Source of the DNA: Gaiellaceae bacterium
GTDB taxonomy: Bacteria > Actinomycetota > Thermoleophilia > Gaiellales > Gaiellaceae
NCBI GenBank assembly: GCA_036006925.1
Contig: DASYPH010000229.1
Location: 1 to 44,757, forward strand
Length of the DNA: 44,757 nt
Reading direction: 5' to 3'
The notes below the pieces were generated by a model that made no database searches, had not been told where the DNA came from, and worked only from the letters and a program-made list of their open reading frames with translations. The first letter of the stretch is position 1, and every line of letters starts with the position of its first letter. Shown here piece after piece: positions 44,692-44,757 of this stretch. A program made the position numbers and the translations under genes.

Positions 44692-44757
44692 GTGGTGACC
44701 GCGGACGAGATCGGTCAGGTCGACCTGTTTGCGGACCTCCCCTCGGCCACCCGCGAC
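44692..44757 (+). CDS. 5' end of an ORF whose first 22 codons resemble the start of a cyclic-nucleotide-binding domain (partial, runs off the window)
   Basis: GTG at 44692/44695, 11 nt after the cyclase stop: VVTADEIGQVDLFADLPSATRD. The xxLFxxLxxxxxxxL pattern is typical of cNMP-binding domain N-termini. Too short for certainty. Confidence 0.35.
   Translation, partial: MVTADEIGQVDLFADLPSATRD

Noticed and set aside
41258-44757. Calling the cyclase plus downstream ORF a Pycsar/CBASS-type antiphage system
   Set aside because: The cyclase is a large STAND/TPR regulator type common in actinobacterial chromosomes. The partner is known only from 22 codons and no effector domain (TM, TIR, nuclease) is visible. 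It is kept only as a hypothesis in the findings.

Overview
Very GC-rich (about 70% G+C by eye) bacterial chromosomal segment. The 16S 5' fragment and the gene content suggest a high-GC actinobacterium, possibly Thermoleophilia/Solirubrobacterales-like; this placement is inference only. The window starts inside the 5' end of a minus-strand 16S rRNA gene, with a good sigma70-type promoter upstream. It then runs through dense housekeeping genes: tyrS, a class A PBP with PASTA domains, mpg, an MFS transporter, a DegT aminotransferase, ilvE, a ybaK-like gene, serA, a class V aminotransferase, gatCAB, csp, folD, pdxS, an RpoD-family sigma factor and an NAD-dependent formate dehydrogenase. Many gene pairs share 4-nt ATGA/GTGA/TTGA stop-start overlaps. 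No transposase, integrase, CRISPR array or recognisable phage gene was seen. Items beyond routine annotation: (1) Between 32.8 and 44.8 kb there is a zinc-ribbon/class III cyclase/STAND-ATPase/TPR giant protein plus three different cNMP-binding-domain proteins. These are an MFS fusion, a thioredoxin-reductase-like flavoprotein without the CXXC, and a partial ORF directly after the cyclase. (2) An orphan class-I-type HMG-CoA-reductase-like gene is translationally coupled to an ABM-fold protein and a PaaI thioesterase. (3) A secreted PHM/DBH-like copper monooxygenase carries an N-terminal CXXCH motif and lies divergent from a beta-propeller protein. (4) Two clusters of a GTCTGAC/GTCAGAC palindromic repeat sit between convergent genes. 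(5) A 575-bp noncoding gap holds two hairpins with nearly identical 11-nt C-rich loops (6C-sRNA-like) and a Cheo/SOS box in front of a DEDD-exonuclease/GIY-YIG gene. (6) A MerR gene and the PBP gene both have conserved N-terminal coding sequence upstream of any canonical start codon. All function calls rest on motif recognition by eye; no database search was run.
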